Assembly (NCBI GenBank): GCA_046597055.1
Contig: JBKJLC010000160.1
Location: 1-45,641, forward strand
Reading direction: 5' to 3'
Source: Kofleriaceae bacterium
GTDB taxonomy: Bacteria > Myxococcota_A > Polyangia > Haliangiales > Haliangiaceae
Length of the DNA stretch: 45,641 nt
The notes beneath the pieces were generated by a model. That model searched no databases and was not told the origin of the DNA. It saw only the letters and a program-made list of their open reading frames with translations. Below are positions 1 through 8,866 of the stretch, piece by piece (position 1 is the stretch's first letter; each line of letters opens with the position of its first letter). A program made the translations under genes and the position numbers.

Positions 1-21
1 TTCGTGTTAGGACACCGGATC

Positions 22-1842
22 ATGACGGCGCCGATGCCTGCTCCCCGTCGCGGACGGCTCGCGCTGGTCGGGTCGTGCGGGGTGCTGGCCGCCTGGTGGG
101 TGATGTACGCGCTGGTCGCGGCGTGGACGCCGTGGCAGGGCAACGACTGGAACCAGCTGGCGTGGTTGCGGCACCGCCAGCCGATCGACGCGCGGGACGT
201 GTTGGACTTCGTCGGGACCAACCCGTCGCTGGGCGACGTCGTCGGCCAGCTCGGCGTCGCCCACCCGTGGGCGTACGTGCTGGTGACGCCGACCGTCATC
301 ATCTTGCTGGTGCTCGGCCTGCACGCGCTGGCGTTCAGTCGCACCCCGAGCCTGCGTTCGCCGCGTGATCTACTTCACCTGGCCGCGCTGCACGCGTTGA
401 TCTGGACCGGCGCGGCGCGGGTCGGGGTGACGCTGGGTCATCGGCCCCACGTCGCGCACTTCGTCTACGGTCTGTGCGCGATGGTGTGGCTGCTGGCCGC
501 GGTCCGCGCCTGCGGCGAGCGGCCGCGGGGCGGCGCGGCCCGCGCGGCCGGCATGTTCGTGCTCGGCCTGGCCGCGGGCGCGTCGAACCACCACATCGGG
601 CTGCTCGGGCTGATCGCGGTGATCGTCACCCTCGTCCGCCGCCGGCGGCGCGGCGCCCCGGTGCCGGTGTGGATGGTGGTGGCCGCGGTCGGCATCGCGC
701 TCGGCCTGGCCGCGCTGTTCTCCAACCCCACGCCCTACTTCGCGGCGCTCGGCCGGCGCGGCTTCAGCTCGACCTTCGGTCAACTGGTGATGTTCTTCAC
801 CGAGGGCGCCGAGACCATGGCGCTCACCACGCTCACCGCGTTCGCGATGCTGCTCCGCAGCCGGCTGGCCGGCGTGCCGATGCCGATCCCGACCGCGAGC
901 GAGCTGCGCTGGATGGCGACCTGCTTCTTCGCCGGGTTCGCGCTGGTCTTGGTCGCGATGTTCGGACCGCGCTGGGGCGAGCCGGCGATGTTCGCGCCGG
1001 CGGTGCTGTTCGTGGCCGGCGCGGTGGTGGCGCTGGCGCGCCTGGCCGACGACCGCTACATCCGAGTCGGCCTGCTGGTGTTCGTGATCGGGGTCCACGC
1101 GGTGGTCGCGGTCCAGCTGCTGCCCACGTACCGCCAGGCCGACCAGGACATGCAGGTCCGCCTCGCCCAGCTGAAGGCGGCGCCGGCTGACGGGGTGGCC
1201 ACCATCACCCCGTTCCAGCAGGTCGCGACCTCGTTCTGGTTCTACGGCGAGGATCTCGGGCGAGTGACCGGCCGCGAGGTCGCCGCGATCGAGGTGTTCG
1301 GGCTGCGTGATCTTCGCTTCGACCGCGAGACCGGCGTCTACGAGCCCTCGACCGGATTCGAGATGACCATGTCGATCGAGCTCGATCCGCCGGCGCCGCC
1401 AGCCGAGCTGGCGCGGGCGATCGCGCCCCGGATCGGCACCAGCCTGATGGTGGCGCGGACCCAGTGGCGGCGCGCGATGTACGAGCTCGGCAGCCGCCAC
1501 AACCTGGTGCACAGCACGCTCGAGATCACCAACCTCGAGTTCGAGGGCCGGCGCGGTCGCCGGGTGTTCGCCGGCAAGCTGGTGCCACAGATCGGCCTGA
1601 TCAGCCCGCGCTCGGACTGGCGCCAGCCCGATCCGCTCCAGCGCATGTCGTTCATGGTGCGCTGGAAGTCGCTGCGCATGCAGCCGACCGAGCTATTCGT
1701 GGTCGGCATGGGCGACAACCTCCCGGTCGAGCGCGACGGCGACAAGGTGTACTTCGTCCCGACGTGGGCCGGGGCCTACACGCTGATCGCCTGCGACGCG
1801 GTCGAGTGCCTGGCGGTCGAGACCGCCTGGGCCCGCTACTGA
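22..1842 (+). CDS. Multi-pass membrane protein, DUF6056-like / putative GT-C-fold glycosyltransferase paralog with C-terminal extracytoplasmic domain
   Basis: About 10 hydrophobic segments. Aligns by eye to the convergent gene 1862-3748 (NPSLGD/NPRIGE, GASNHHIG/GMGNEHTG, FWFYGED/LWFLGED, C-terminal ACDAVEC/ACTATEC). Start ATG 22 or GTG 4. Confidence 0.65.
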   Translation: MTAPMPAPRRGRLALVGSCGVLAAWWVMYALVAAWTPWQGNDWNQLAWLRHRQPIDARDVLDFVGTNPSLGDVVGQLGVAHPWAYVLVTPTVIILLVLGLHALAFSRTPSLRSPRDLLHLAALHALIWTGAARVGVTLGHRPHVAHFVYGLCAMVWLLAAVRACGERPRGGAARAAGMFVLGLAAGASNHHIGLLGLIAVIVTLVRRRRRGAPVPVWMVVAAVGIALGLAALFSNPTPYFAALGRRGFSSTFGQLVMFFTEGAETMALTTLTAFAMLLRSRLAGVPMPIPTASELRWMATCFFAGFALVLVAMFGPRWGEPAMFAPAVLFVAGAVVALARLADDRYIRVGLLVFVIGVHAVVAVQLLPTYRQADQDMQVRLAQLKAAPADGVATITPFQQVATSFWFYGEDLGRVTGREVAAIEVFGLRDLRFDRETGVYEPSTGFEMTMSIELDPPAPPAELARAIAPRIGTSLMVARTQWRRAMYELGSRHNLVHSTLEITNLEFEGRRGRRVFAGKLVPQIGLISPRSDWRQPDPLQRMSFMVRWKSLRMQPTELFVVGMGDNLPVERDGDKVYFVPTWAGAYTLIACDAVECLAVETAWARY

Positions 1843-1861
1843 CCGGCCCGTCCCACTCGGC

Positions 1862-3748
1862 TCAGTGCCAGTAGGTGCCGGCCAGCCAGCACTCGGTGGC
1901 CGTGCAGGCCTGCGCGATCATCAGGCCGCGGCACCAGGGCACGTAGGCCATGCGCAGGCCCCGCTCATCCCGGACCAGGTCGACCGTGCGGGTGCGCCCA
2001 CAGCCGTGGAGGTAGCCGTCGGTCAGGCCGGCGGGAAAGGTGCCGTTGCGCAGCAAGATGTAGACGCGGAGGTCGTCGTCGGCGCGGACCAGCTGGTCGA
2101 TGACCTCGAACTCGCCGGTGGTGGCGCGCCAGCGGGTGCCGAGGAAGGGCCGGCCCCGCAGCTCGGGAGGCGCGAAGCCATCGACGTGCGCGACCACCTC
2201 GACCACCCGGTGACCAGGGATCTGCTCGAGCTGCGGCAGCAGCCTCCGGATCAAGCGCACGTCGCGATCGGGATAGGCCGACACGTACGACAGCGGCATC
2301 ACCAGGCGGCGCCAGACCTCCGCCTGCGCCATCGGCGGGTCCATCGTGAACTCGATCCGCGCCTTGAACGGCACGGTCGGCTCGGCGCGCAGGGGCCGGT
2401 CGAGCTCGATCCCGCCCAGCCCGTAGACCTCGTGGCCGACGAACTCGCGCAGCGACGCGTAGTCGAAGTCCTCGCCGAGGAACCACAGGTTGCGGGTGAT
2501 CTTCGACAGCGGCGGCACGTACGCGATCTCGCCGGGACGAGCGCGCGCCGCCGCCGCGAGCCGGGCGTTGCGATCGCGGCCCTCGGGCGCGATGGTCGCG
2601 TAGGTGACGGCGCCCCAGGTGCCGTGGATGAGCAGCGCGCCCAGCGCGACGCCCACCATCGCGCGCCGGGCCGACCGCTCGGCCGCGACCACGTCGCACA
2701 GCACCGCACCGGCCAGCGCGAACATCGTGGCCGACGCGAAGAACAGCCGCTCGCCGGTGGTCGGCGACGCGAACAGGGTCGCGACCACCGCAAATGCGGG
2801 CACCAGCAGCGCCAGCACCAGCACCACCGTGCGGCGATCCGGCGCCGGCGCCGGGCGGCCGGCTGCGTGCGCGCGCAGGAGCGCGACGAACACCCCGACC
2901 AGCACCAGCACCACGGCGAGCTGGGCCTCCCACAAGAACTGGAGGACGATCTCCCACAACCCGTCGGGTCCGCGCTCGGTGATGTGGTCGAGCGGGCCTT
3001 GGCGGGCCGCGATCGACCCGTAGCGTTTCTTCTGGCCCGGCGCGAAGAACAGCATCGGGTAGCCGATCGCCAGGCCGGCCAGCCCGGTGATCATCCAGGC
3101 GTGGAACCGGCGATGGAGCCGCCACGCCGCGTACACCAGCCCGGCGAGCGCCACGAACACCGTGGGCCCGGTGTGCTCGTTGCCCATGCCGGCGGCCCAG
3201 CCGAGCGCGAACATCGCCGGGATCATCCACCAGCGCGGCGCGAGCGCGCGCTCGACGACGATGCGGTACGGGACGATCAGGAGGAGCGTCAGCGCCAGCG
3301 CGTAGACGTAGTTGGTCGTGAACGGGCGGTAGACGAACAGGATGCCGGGGATCGGCGAGGCCAGCCACACCAGCGCGGTGACGATCAGCAGCCGCTGCCC
3401 GTCGGCAGCGCCCGGCCGCGGCCACCGCCCGAACGCCACCGCGAACGCGAGGAAGAAGAACCCGACCGCGACCGTCGGCGTGAGCAGCGTGTGGATCCAG
3501 CGCGGTCCGTTGACCAGCAGGAGCCAGTTCTCGCCGATGCGCGGGTTGTACTCGTGATAGTTGAAGCGTGCGTTGTCGATGAACGAGCCCAGCGACAGGC
3601 CGTGCTTCTTGATGAACGCGATCTGGTACCAGTCGTCGAGGATGTCGGGCGCCACCGCCGACTGCACGGCGAAGTAGAGCCAGAACAGCGCGACGCTGGC
3701 CCAGAAAGCCAGCCGGGCGCGGCTTGACTCGCCGGGGTCGGCCGTCAT
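1862..3748 (-). CDS. DUF6056-like membrane protein, putative GT-C glycosyltransferase (628 aa)
   Basis: First TM is followed by an acidic DDW loop, NPRIGE and GNEH motifs, then many TMs. The ATG at 3748 overlaps the upstream gene's TGA (ATGA coupling). Confidence 0.7.
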   Translation of the reverse strand: MTADPGESSRARLAFWASVALFWLYFAVQSAVAPDILDDWYQIAFIKKHGLSLGSFIDNARFNYHEYNPRIGENWLLLVNGPRWIHTLLTPTVAVGFFFLAFAVAFGRWPRPGAADGQRLLIVTALVWLASPIPGILFVYRPFTTNYVYALALTLLLIVPYRIVVERALAPRWWMIPAMFALGWAAGMGNEHTGPTVFVALAGLVYAAWRLHRRFHAWMITGLAGLAIGYPMLFFAPGQKKRYGSIAARQGPLDHITERGPDGLWEIVLQFLWEAQLAVVLVLVGVFVALLRAHAAGRPAPAPDRRTVVLVLALLVPAFAVVATLFASPTTGERLFFASATMFALAGAVLCDVVAAERSARRAMVGVALGALLIHGTWGAVTYATIAPEGRDRNARLAAAARARPGEIAYVPPLSKITRNLWFLGEDFDYASLREFVGHEVYGLGGIELDRPLRAEPTVPFKARIEFTMDPPMAQAEVWRRLVMPLSYVSAYPDRDVRLIRRLLPQLEQIPGHRVVEVVAHVDGFAPPELRGRPFLGTRWRATTGEFEVIDQLVRADDDLRVYILLRNGTFPAGLTDGYLHGCGRTRTVDLVRDERGLRMAYVPWCRGLMIAQACTATECWLAGTYWH

Positions 3749-5202
3749 GGCACCGCGCCCGAGCCGGGCGCGCCCGCAGGGGGCAGACTCGTGACAGGCA
3801 CCCGCGAGCCCGGCGCCGCGCGGCCGGCGGCATAGCGGCGCGCGAACAGGATCACCGCGGCCAGGAGCGCGCACAGCATCATCCAGTGCGAGTAGCGAAG
3901 GTCGGGCGTCGGTGCCGTGAAGAACAGGGACGCCTCCATGCTGAGCCCGCCGAGCAAGAGCGCGAGCACGTCGCGGTGGCGCAGGGACAGGATCAGCAGC
4001 GCCAGCGCCAGCAAGAGATATGGATACGGCCGCATCAGCTGGGTGTGCATCACCAGCCAAACCGCGTGCTTGTGCAGACGATCTTGCAGCGCCGATGACC
4101 GGGATCCGATCCCGGCCCGGGTCAGACCGGGCGGATCCTGATCGCGGTGCCGGATGGCCGAGCCCCACGGGTAGTTGCGGGTCGCGCCGATCACCTCCTG
4201 GAACGTCCACCACCGGTGCTTCAGGTAGGCCCCGGGGTGGTCGGCGATGACCGACTTCCACGCCCGCTCGATCGCCGCCCGGGTGGCGAGCGGGGGCATC
4301 AACTCGGGCTGCAGGGCGAAGATCTGCTCGCGGCCCGCGACCACCAGCTGCCGGTAGTTCCATGGCTGGTAGCCGGCGCGCGCCGCCTGGTGCAGGTCGT
4401 GGGTGACCACCAGCGGGATCCCGTCGAGGAGCTGGTGCAACTGGTCGTCGGGAATGGTCTCGTCGACGTGGCGCAGGGTCCCGACAATGTCCATGGTTGC
4501 CAGCGCGGTGTGCCACAAGCTGCTGCGGCGATCGGGGTCGGTCAGCGCGGCGTTGACGCCCATTGCAGCGAGCGTGACCGCAACCCAGGCCGCGACCGCG
4601 AGGCCGTACCGGGCGAGTGCGGCCCGCCAGCGCCCCGGCCCGGTCCCCGGCGGCAACCACACGAACAGGAGCCCGACCAGTGGCAGCGTGGCCGCTGGCG
4701 CGTTGACCCGCATCGCGGTCGCCACGCCGATCGCGCCCAACCCGACCAGGCGCCAGGCCCGCCGGTCATCCAGCATCAAGCCGACGCCGAGCAGGAGAAA
4801 GGCTGCCATCAGGCAGTCTTTCCAGACCACCACCATCGTGGTCAGGATCGGCGGCGCCAGCAGCACCAGGACCGCCGCGAGCGCGGCCCGCCGAGGCCGC
4901 ATCGCGCGCCGCAGGATCAGGTAGCAGCCGATCAGGAACGTCACGCCCTGGATCACCAGCATCCCAGGCGGGCCGGCGATCACCAGGTCGACCTTGCGCC
5001 ACAGCGCCGCCATCGCCGGCGGGTGGCCGTCGCTGTAGACGCCCGCGCGCGCCTCGGCCAGCTGTTCGAACGAGTCGATCGTCATCAGGCCGGGGAAGCC
5101 ATAAACGAGGAACAGACCCAGGCCGATCGCCAGGATCGCTGCGGGCGTCAGTCTGCCCAGCGCGGCCCGGCACCGCCGCATCGCGACCGCGACCGCGCTC
5201 AT
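3745..5202 (-). CDS. Multi-pass membrane protein, putative GT-C-type glycosyltransferase
   Basis: Motifs PGLMTIDS...SDGHPP, WKD, RVNA and C-terminal DLRY resemble membrane glycosyltransferase-like proteins. Alternative start at ATG 5283. Confidence 0.6.
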   Translation of the reverse strand: MSAVAVAMRRCRAALGRLTPAAILAIGLGLFLVYGFPGLMTIDSFEQLAEARAGVYSDGHPPAMAALWRKVDLVIAGPPGMLVIQGVTFLIGCYLILRRAMRPRRAALAAVLVLLAPPILTTMVVVWKDCLMAAFLLLGVGLMLDDRRAWRLVGLGAIGVATAMRVNAPAATLPLVGLLFVWLPPGTGPGRWRAALARYGLAVAAWVAVTLAAMGVNAALTDPDRRSSLWHTALATMDIVGTLRHVDETIPDDQLHQLLDGIPLVVTHDLHQAARAGYQPWNYRQLVVAGREQIFALQPELMPPLATRAAIERAWKSVIADHPGAYLKHRWWTFQEVIGATRNYPWGSAIRHRDQDPPGLTRAGIGSRSSALQDRLHKHAVWLVMHTQLMRPYPYLLLALALLILSLRHRDVLALLLGGLSMEASLFFTAPTPDLRYSHWMMLCALLAAVILFARRYAAGRAAPGSRVPVTSLPPAGAPGSGAVP

Positions 5203-5291
5203 GGCTACACCGGGGTGACCGCGTCCCGGCTGCCCGGGGCGACCGCCTGACGGCCGGTCTGACGACGTCGCGCGGGCTGGCATGGGGTCGC

Positions 5292-5300
5292 CTTATAACA
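5292..5300 (-). promoter_or_regulatory. Putative extended -10 element (TG-T-TATAAG)
   Basis: AT-rich hexamer with TG extension in otherwise very GC-rich DNA, 8 nt upstream of ATG 5283. Confidence 0.35.
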
Positions 5301-5357
5301 CCGGCGCGGCCGCGGTGAACCGACGTGACCGGGGCCACGTGGCCGATGGCCGCGCGG

Positions 5358-5927
5358 TCACAGCGCGGCGGCCAGCAGCACCCCGGTCACGCCGACCATC
5401 GCGGCGATCACCAGCGCGTCGAGGAAGCGGCCGTAACTCTGGATGCGGGCCCGCAGCGGCGCGCGGCCGGCGTGCTCCTCGGCCGGCAGGCCGACCTCGA
5501 CGATCGTGCGGCGCATGAGCTCGAACTTGTCCCAGTCGCGCGCGGCCAGGAACCAGGTCGAGCCGCGCCGCGCCCGCAGCGACAGGCCATCGCGGAACAT
5601 CAGGACCCGGGCGATGCGGTCGCGGTCCATCCGCACCACCCACCGGCCCCAGCCCCAGCGCACGCCGTCACCCGCGATCGCGACGTGAGCCCGGCGCACC
5701 GCGAGGCCGACCCCGGCCAGCGCGAAGCAGGTCAGCGCCCACCCCACCAGCGAGGCGCCGGCCCGAACGTCCGGGTTCCGGGCCGCCAGCGCGATCGCGC
5801 CGCTGCCGGCCAGGCCGACGTAGCGCGCCCCGATCTCGGCGAGCCGCCGCGGTCCCCGCCGAGCCGGAAACACGCCGCGCGCGGTGGAGCCGAGCCCGAG
5901 CCCGGGCGGGGTATCGACCGCCGCCAT
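5358..5927 (-). CDS. Hypothetical membrane protein (189 aa)
   Basis: Two N-terminal TMs and one C-terminal TM. The ATG directly abuts the glnD TAG stop, suggesting co-transcription. Confidence 0.7.
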   Translation of the reverse strand: MAAVDTPPGLGLGSTARGVFPARRGPRRLAEIGARYVGLAGSGAIALAARNPDVRAGASLVGWALTCFALAGVGLAVRRAHVAIAGDGVRWGWGRWVVRMDRDRIARVLMFRDGLSLRARRGSTWFLAARDWDKFELMRRTIVEVGLPAEEHAGRAPLRARIQSYGRFLDALVIAAMVGVTGVLLAAAL

Positions 5928-8711
5928 CTACTCGGCCAGCGCCGCGATCACGCGCGAGCGGATCGCCGCGATGTCGGCCGGGTCGGTGATCTTGCAGCCG
6001 CCGCGGGTGACGTAGAAGACGTCGGCCACCTTCTCGCCTTCGGTCGACACCTTGGACAGCGAGATGTCGAGTCCGAGCTCGGCGAGCGTGTGCGTGATCG
6101 CGTAAAGCACGCCGATCTGGTCGCGGCTGAACACCTCGACGATGGTCGCCTCGGCCGACTCCTCGTTGTCGGCCTTGAGCTCGGTGGGCACCGCCGGCGT
6201 CACCCGCGGCGGTAGGCCCGACGGCCGGCGCCGGCGGGCGATCAGCGCCGACACCTCGGCCGGGTCGGGCGAGCCGGTGGCGAACAGCTGCTCGAGGTCG
6301 GCCTCGAGGCGCGCCCAGCGCGGATCGCTGTCGGGCACCGCCTCGCCGACCAGATCGCGCACGAAGAACAGATCCAGGGCGAGGCCGGCGCCGGGCGCGT
6401 CGGCGTGGCCGACCACCGCGCCGAGGACATCGAGCCGGTGCGCGACCAGCGCGCCCGCGATCGCGGCGAGCACGCCGTGGGCATCGGGCGCGACCACCGC
6501 GACCTCGCTCATGCCCTTGAGCGGGAAGTGCGAGACCGCGATCCCGACCCGGGCGCCGCGGGCGCGGACCCGCGCGGCCAGCTCGACGTGGCGCGCCGCT
6601 TGCCGGGCGGTCAGCTGGGCCAGGAACCGATCGTCGACGCCGGCGACCAGCGCCTCGAGGTCGGCCGCGGTCGGCTCGCCGCTGGTGTCGCCGTCGGTGG
6701 TCTCGGGCAACGGCGCCGCCGCGGTCGCCAGCGCGAGCACCTTGGCCCGACGCTCGGCCTCGGCCGGGCGCGCCGACGGCCCGGGCCCGTCCGCACGGGC
6801 CAGGTGATCGCGCGCACGCAGGAACAGCTCGCGCATGAGCCCGTCTTTCCAGGCCGACAGGTTGTTGGGCGCGGTCATCGCCGCGTCGCACAGCGTCAGC
6901 AGATAGAGCTGGGTCAGGCGCTCCTGGTCGCCGACGCGCTCGGCGAAGCGGGCGACCACCTCGGGGTCCGACAGATCGCGCCGCTGCGACAGATGGGACA
7001 TCGTGAGGTGCTGGCGGACCAGGAACTCGGCGATCGCGATGTCGCTGTCGGTCATGCCGAGCCGGCCCGCGACGGTCGCCGCGATCACCGCGCCCTTCTC
7101 GGCGTGGCCCTTGCCGAGCGGCTTGCCGACGTCGTGGAGCAAGGTCGCCAGGTACAGCGGCGCCAGCCGGGTGACGGTCGGATAGATCTCGGTGGCGACC
7201 GGGTGCTCGGTGGCCAGCTCGCCGCGCGCGATGCGCTTGAGCATCGCGACCGCGTAGAGCTGGTGCTGGTCGACCGTGTAGACGTGATAGAGGTCGTGCT
7301 GGACCCGGCAGGTCACCGGCGCCCACTCCGGCATCATCGCGGCGAGCAAGCCGAGCTGGTGCAAGATCTCGAGCGCGGCCGGTTGGCCCTTGTCGCGAGG
7401 ATCGATCAGCGCGTCGACGAAGTAGCGCGCGGCCACCGGATCGGCGCGCAGGCGCTCGCCCTCGTGGGGCGCCAGCTCGGCGATCAGATCGCGGGTGTGG
7501 CCGTAGACCGGGACGCCCTGGGCGACCGCGACCCGGAACAGCCGCAGCATCTCGCTCGGGCGACCCGACAGCACCCGCGGCTCGCGCACGGCCAGCTCAC
7601 CGTTGAACGTGAGGAAGTTGCCGTCGACGGTCGCCACCCGCGGCTTGCGGCGGGGCGGGACCCGCGCAGTCTCGAGCAGGCGGTCGGCGACCTGGACCAC
7701 GCCGCGCGCGTGCAGGTAATACCCGCGCATGAGCGCCTCGACCGCCGGCGCGACCGCCGGGCGGATGTCGCCTTCGGCCAGCTGCGCGTCGGGATACAGG
7801 GCGGGCGCGATGCCCTCCTGGAGCTCGAACGTCAGCTGATCGGTGCGTCGGCCGCCCTGGAGCTGAGCGAGCGCGCGCAGGCCGAGCAGAAAGTGGCGGG
7901 CCTCGGCCAGGACGTCGGCCTGGCGACGGGTCAGGTGGCCCTGATCGCGCAGGAGCTCGATGGTCTCGCCATGCGACGGCAGCGGTCCGGCGCGCAGCAG
8001 CCAGCGCGCCCGCGCCGCCCACAGCGCGGTTGCCAGGTCGCGCAGCGCGCCGATGCCCTGCTTGAGGTTGGGCTCGAGCAGGTACAGCGAGTCGCCGAAG
8101 CGATCGTGGCGCTTCTTCTTCTCGGCAGCGAGCGCGGCGATGAAGTCGTTGGCGTCCCCGCCGGGCGCGATCGCGGCCCGGGTCGCGGTGCACAGCTCGT
8201 CGGTCAGCGCCATCGCGCCGGCCACGTGCCGGACGTCGACCAGCGCGGTCGCGGTGGCGAGGTCGCCCTTGGCCAGCCGGGCCGCCGCGCGCGGCTCGCG
8301 CACGGCGTGACCGACCGCGACCTTGGCATCCCACAGCGGATACAGCAGCCGGTCCGCGCAGCGCTTGGCGGCGGCCTCGTCGCCGCGGTGGAGCACGATG
8401 AAGTCGATGTCCGAGTACGGGGCGAGCTCGCGCCGGGCCCAGCCGCCGGTCGCGACCAGCGCCAGCGGCGCCTCGACGTCGCGCATCGCCCACCGCCAGC
8501 GTGCGGCCAGCGCGCGATCGTAGACGTCCGACAGCGCGGCCGCGGCGGCGCCGCCTCGCTGGCCGCGCTCGAGGGCGCTGCGCTGGGCGCCGCGCGCGTG
8601 GCCGAGCTCGGCGCGCAGCGCGGCCGCGGCCTCGGCGGAGTGCGAGTCATGCACATGGGCGGCGTCCACGGTCGGCACTGTAGCGGACTGCGGCGGTGAA
8701 GGTGGATCCAT
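5928..8711 (-). CDS. glnD: [Protein-PII] uridylyltransferase / uridylyl-removing enzyme
   Basis: Nucleotidyltransferase motif ATGGWARRELAPYSDIDF, LEPNLKQGIGALRDL, HD domain (YHVYTVDQH...LLHDVGK) and two C-terminal ACT domains (SKVSTEGEKVADVFYV). Confidence 0.97.
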   Translation of the reverse strand: MDPPSPPQSATVPTVDAAHVHDSHSAEAAAALRAELGHARGAQRSALERGQRGGAAAAALSDVYDRALAARWRWAMRDVEAPLALVATGGWARRELAPYSDIDFIVLHRGDEAAAKRCADRLLYPLWDAKVAVGHAVREPRAAARLAKGDLATATALVDVRHVAGAMALTDELCTATRAAIAPGGDANDFIAALAAEKKKRHDRFGDSLYLLEPNLKQGIGALRDLATALWAARARWLLRAGPLPSHGETIELLRDQGHLTRRQADVLAEARHFLLGLRALAQLQGGRRTDQLTFELQEGIAPALYPDAQLAEGDIRPAVAPAVEALMRGYYLHARGVVQVADRLLETARVPPRRKPRVATVDGNFLTFNGELAVREPRVLSGRPSEMLRLFRVAVAQGVPVYGHTRDLIAELAPHEGERLRADPVAARYFVDALIDPRDKGQPAALEILHQLGLLAAMMPEWAPVTCRVQHDLYHVYTVDQHQLYAVAMLKRIARGELATEHPVATEIYPTVTRLAPLYLATLLHDVGKPLGKGHAEKGAVIAATVAGRLGMTDSDIAIAEFLVRQHLTMSHLSQRRDLSDPEVVARFAERVGDQERLTQLYLLTLCDAAMTAPNNLSAWKDGLMRELFLRARDHLARADGPGPSARPAEAERRAKVLALATAAAPLPETTDGDTSGEPTAADLEALVAGVDDRFLAQLTARQAARHVELAARVRARGARVGIAVSHFPLKGMSEVAVVAPDAHGVLAAIAGALVAHRLDVLGAVVGHADAPGAGLALDLFFVRDLVGEAVPDSDPRWARLEADLEQLFATGSPDPAEVSALIARRRRPSGLPPRVTPAVPTELKADNEESAEATIVEVFSRDQIGVLYAITHTLAELGLDISLSKVSTEGEKVADVFYVTRGGCKITDPADIAAIRSRVIAALAE

Positions 8712-8866
8712 GCATGCGGGCCGACGGCGGCTGGTCGCCGGGATTCCGTGAGGTATGTTCGGGAGATCGACGGTCCGGGACCCATGGATGGCGCCGAGGT
8801 TGGCGGCGACCCCTGCGACCGCGCGAACGGCGGCGGCGGTGCCGGTCGCGGCGGCGAGGCGACCTG

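Noticed and set aside
3749..4660. N-terminal extension of the 932-aa ORF 1862..4660
   Set aside because: Arg/Pro-rich shadow translation overlapping the real gene 3745-5202. The ATGA coupling supports a start at 3748.
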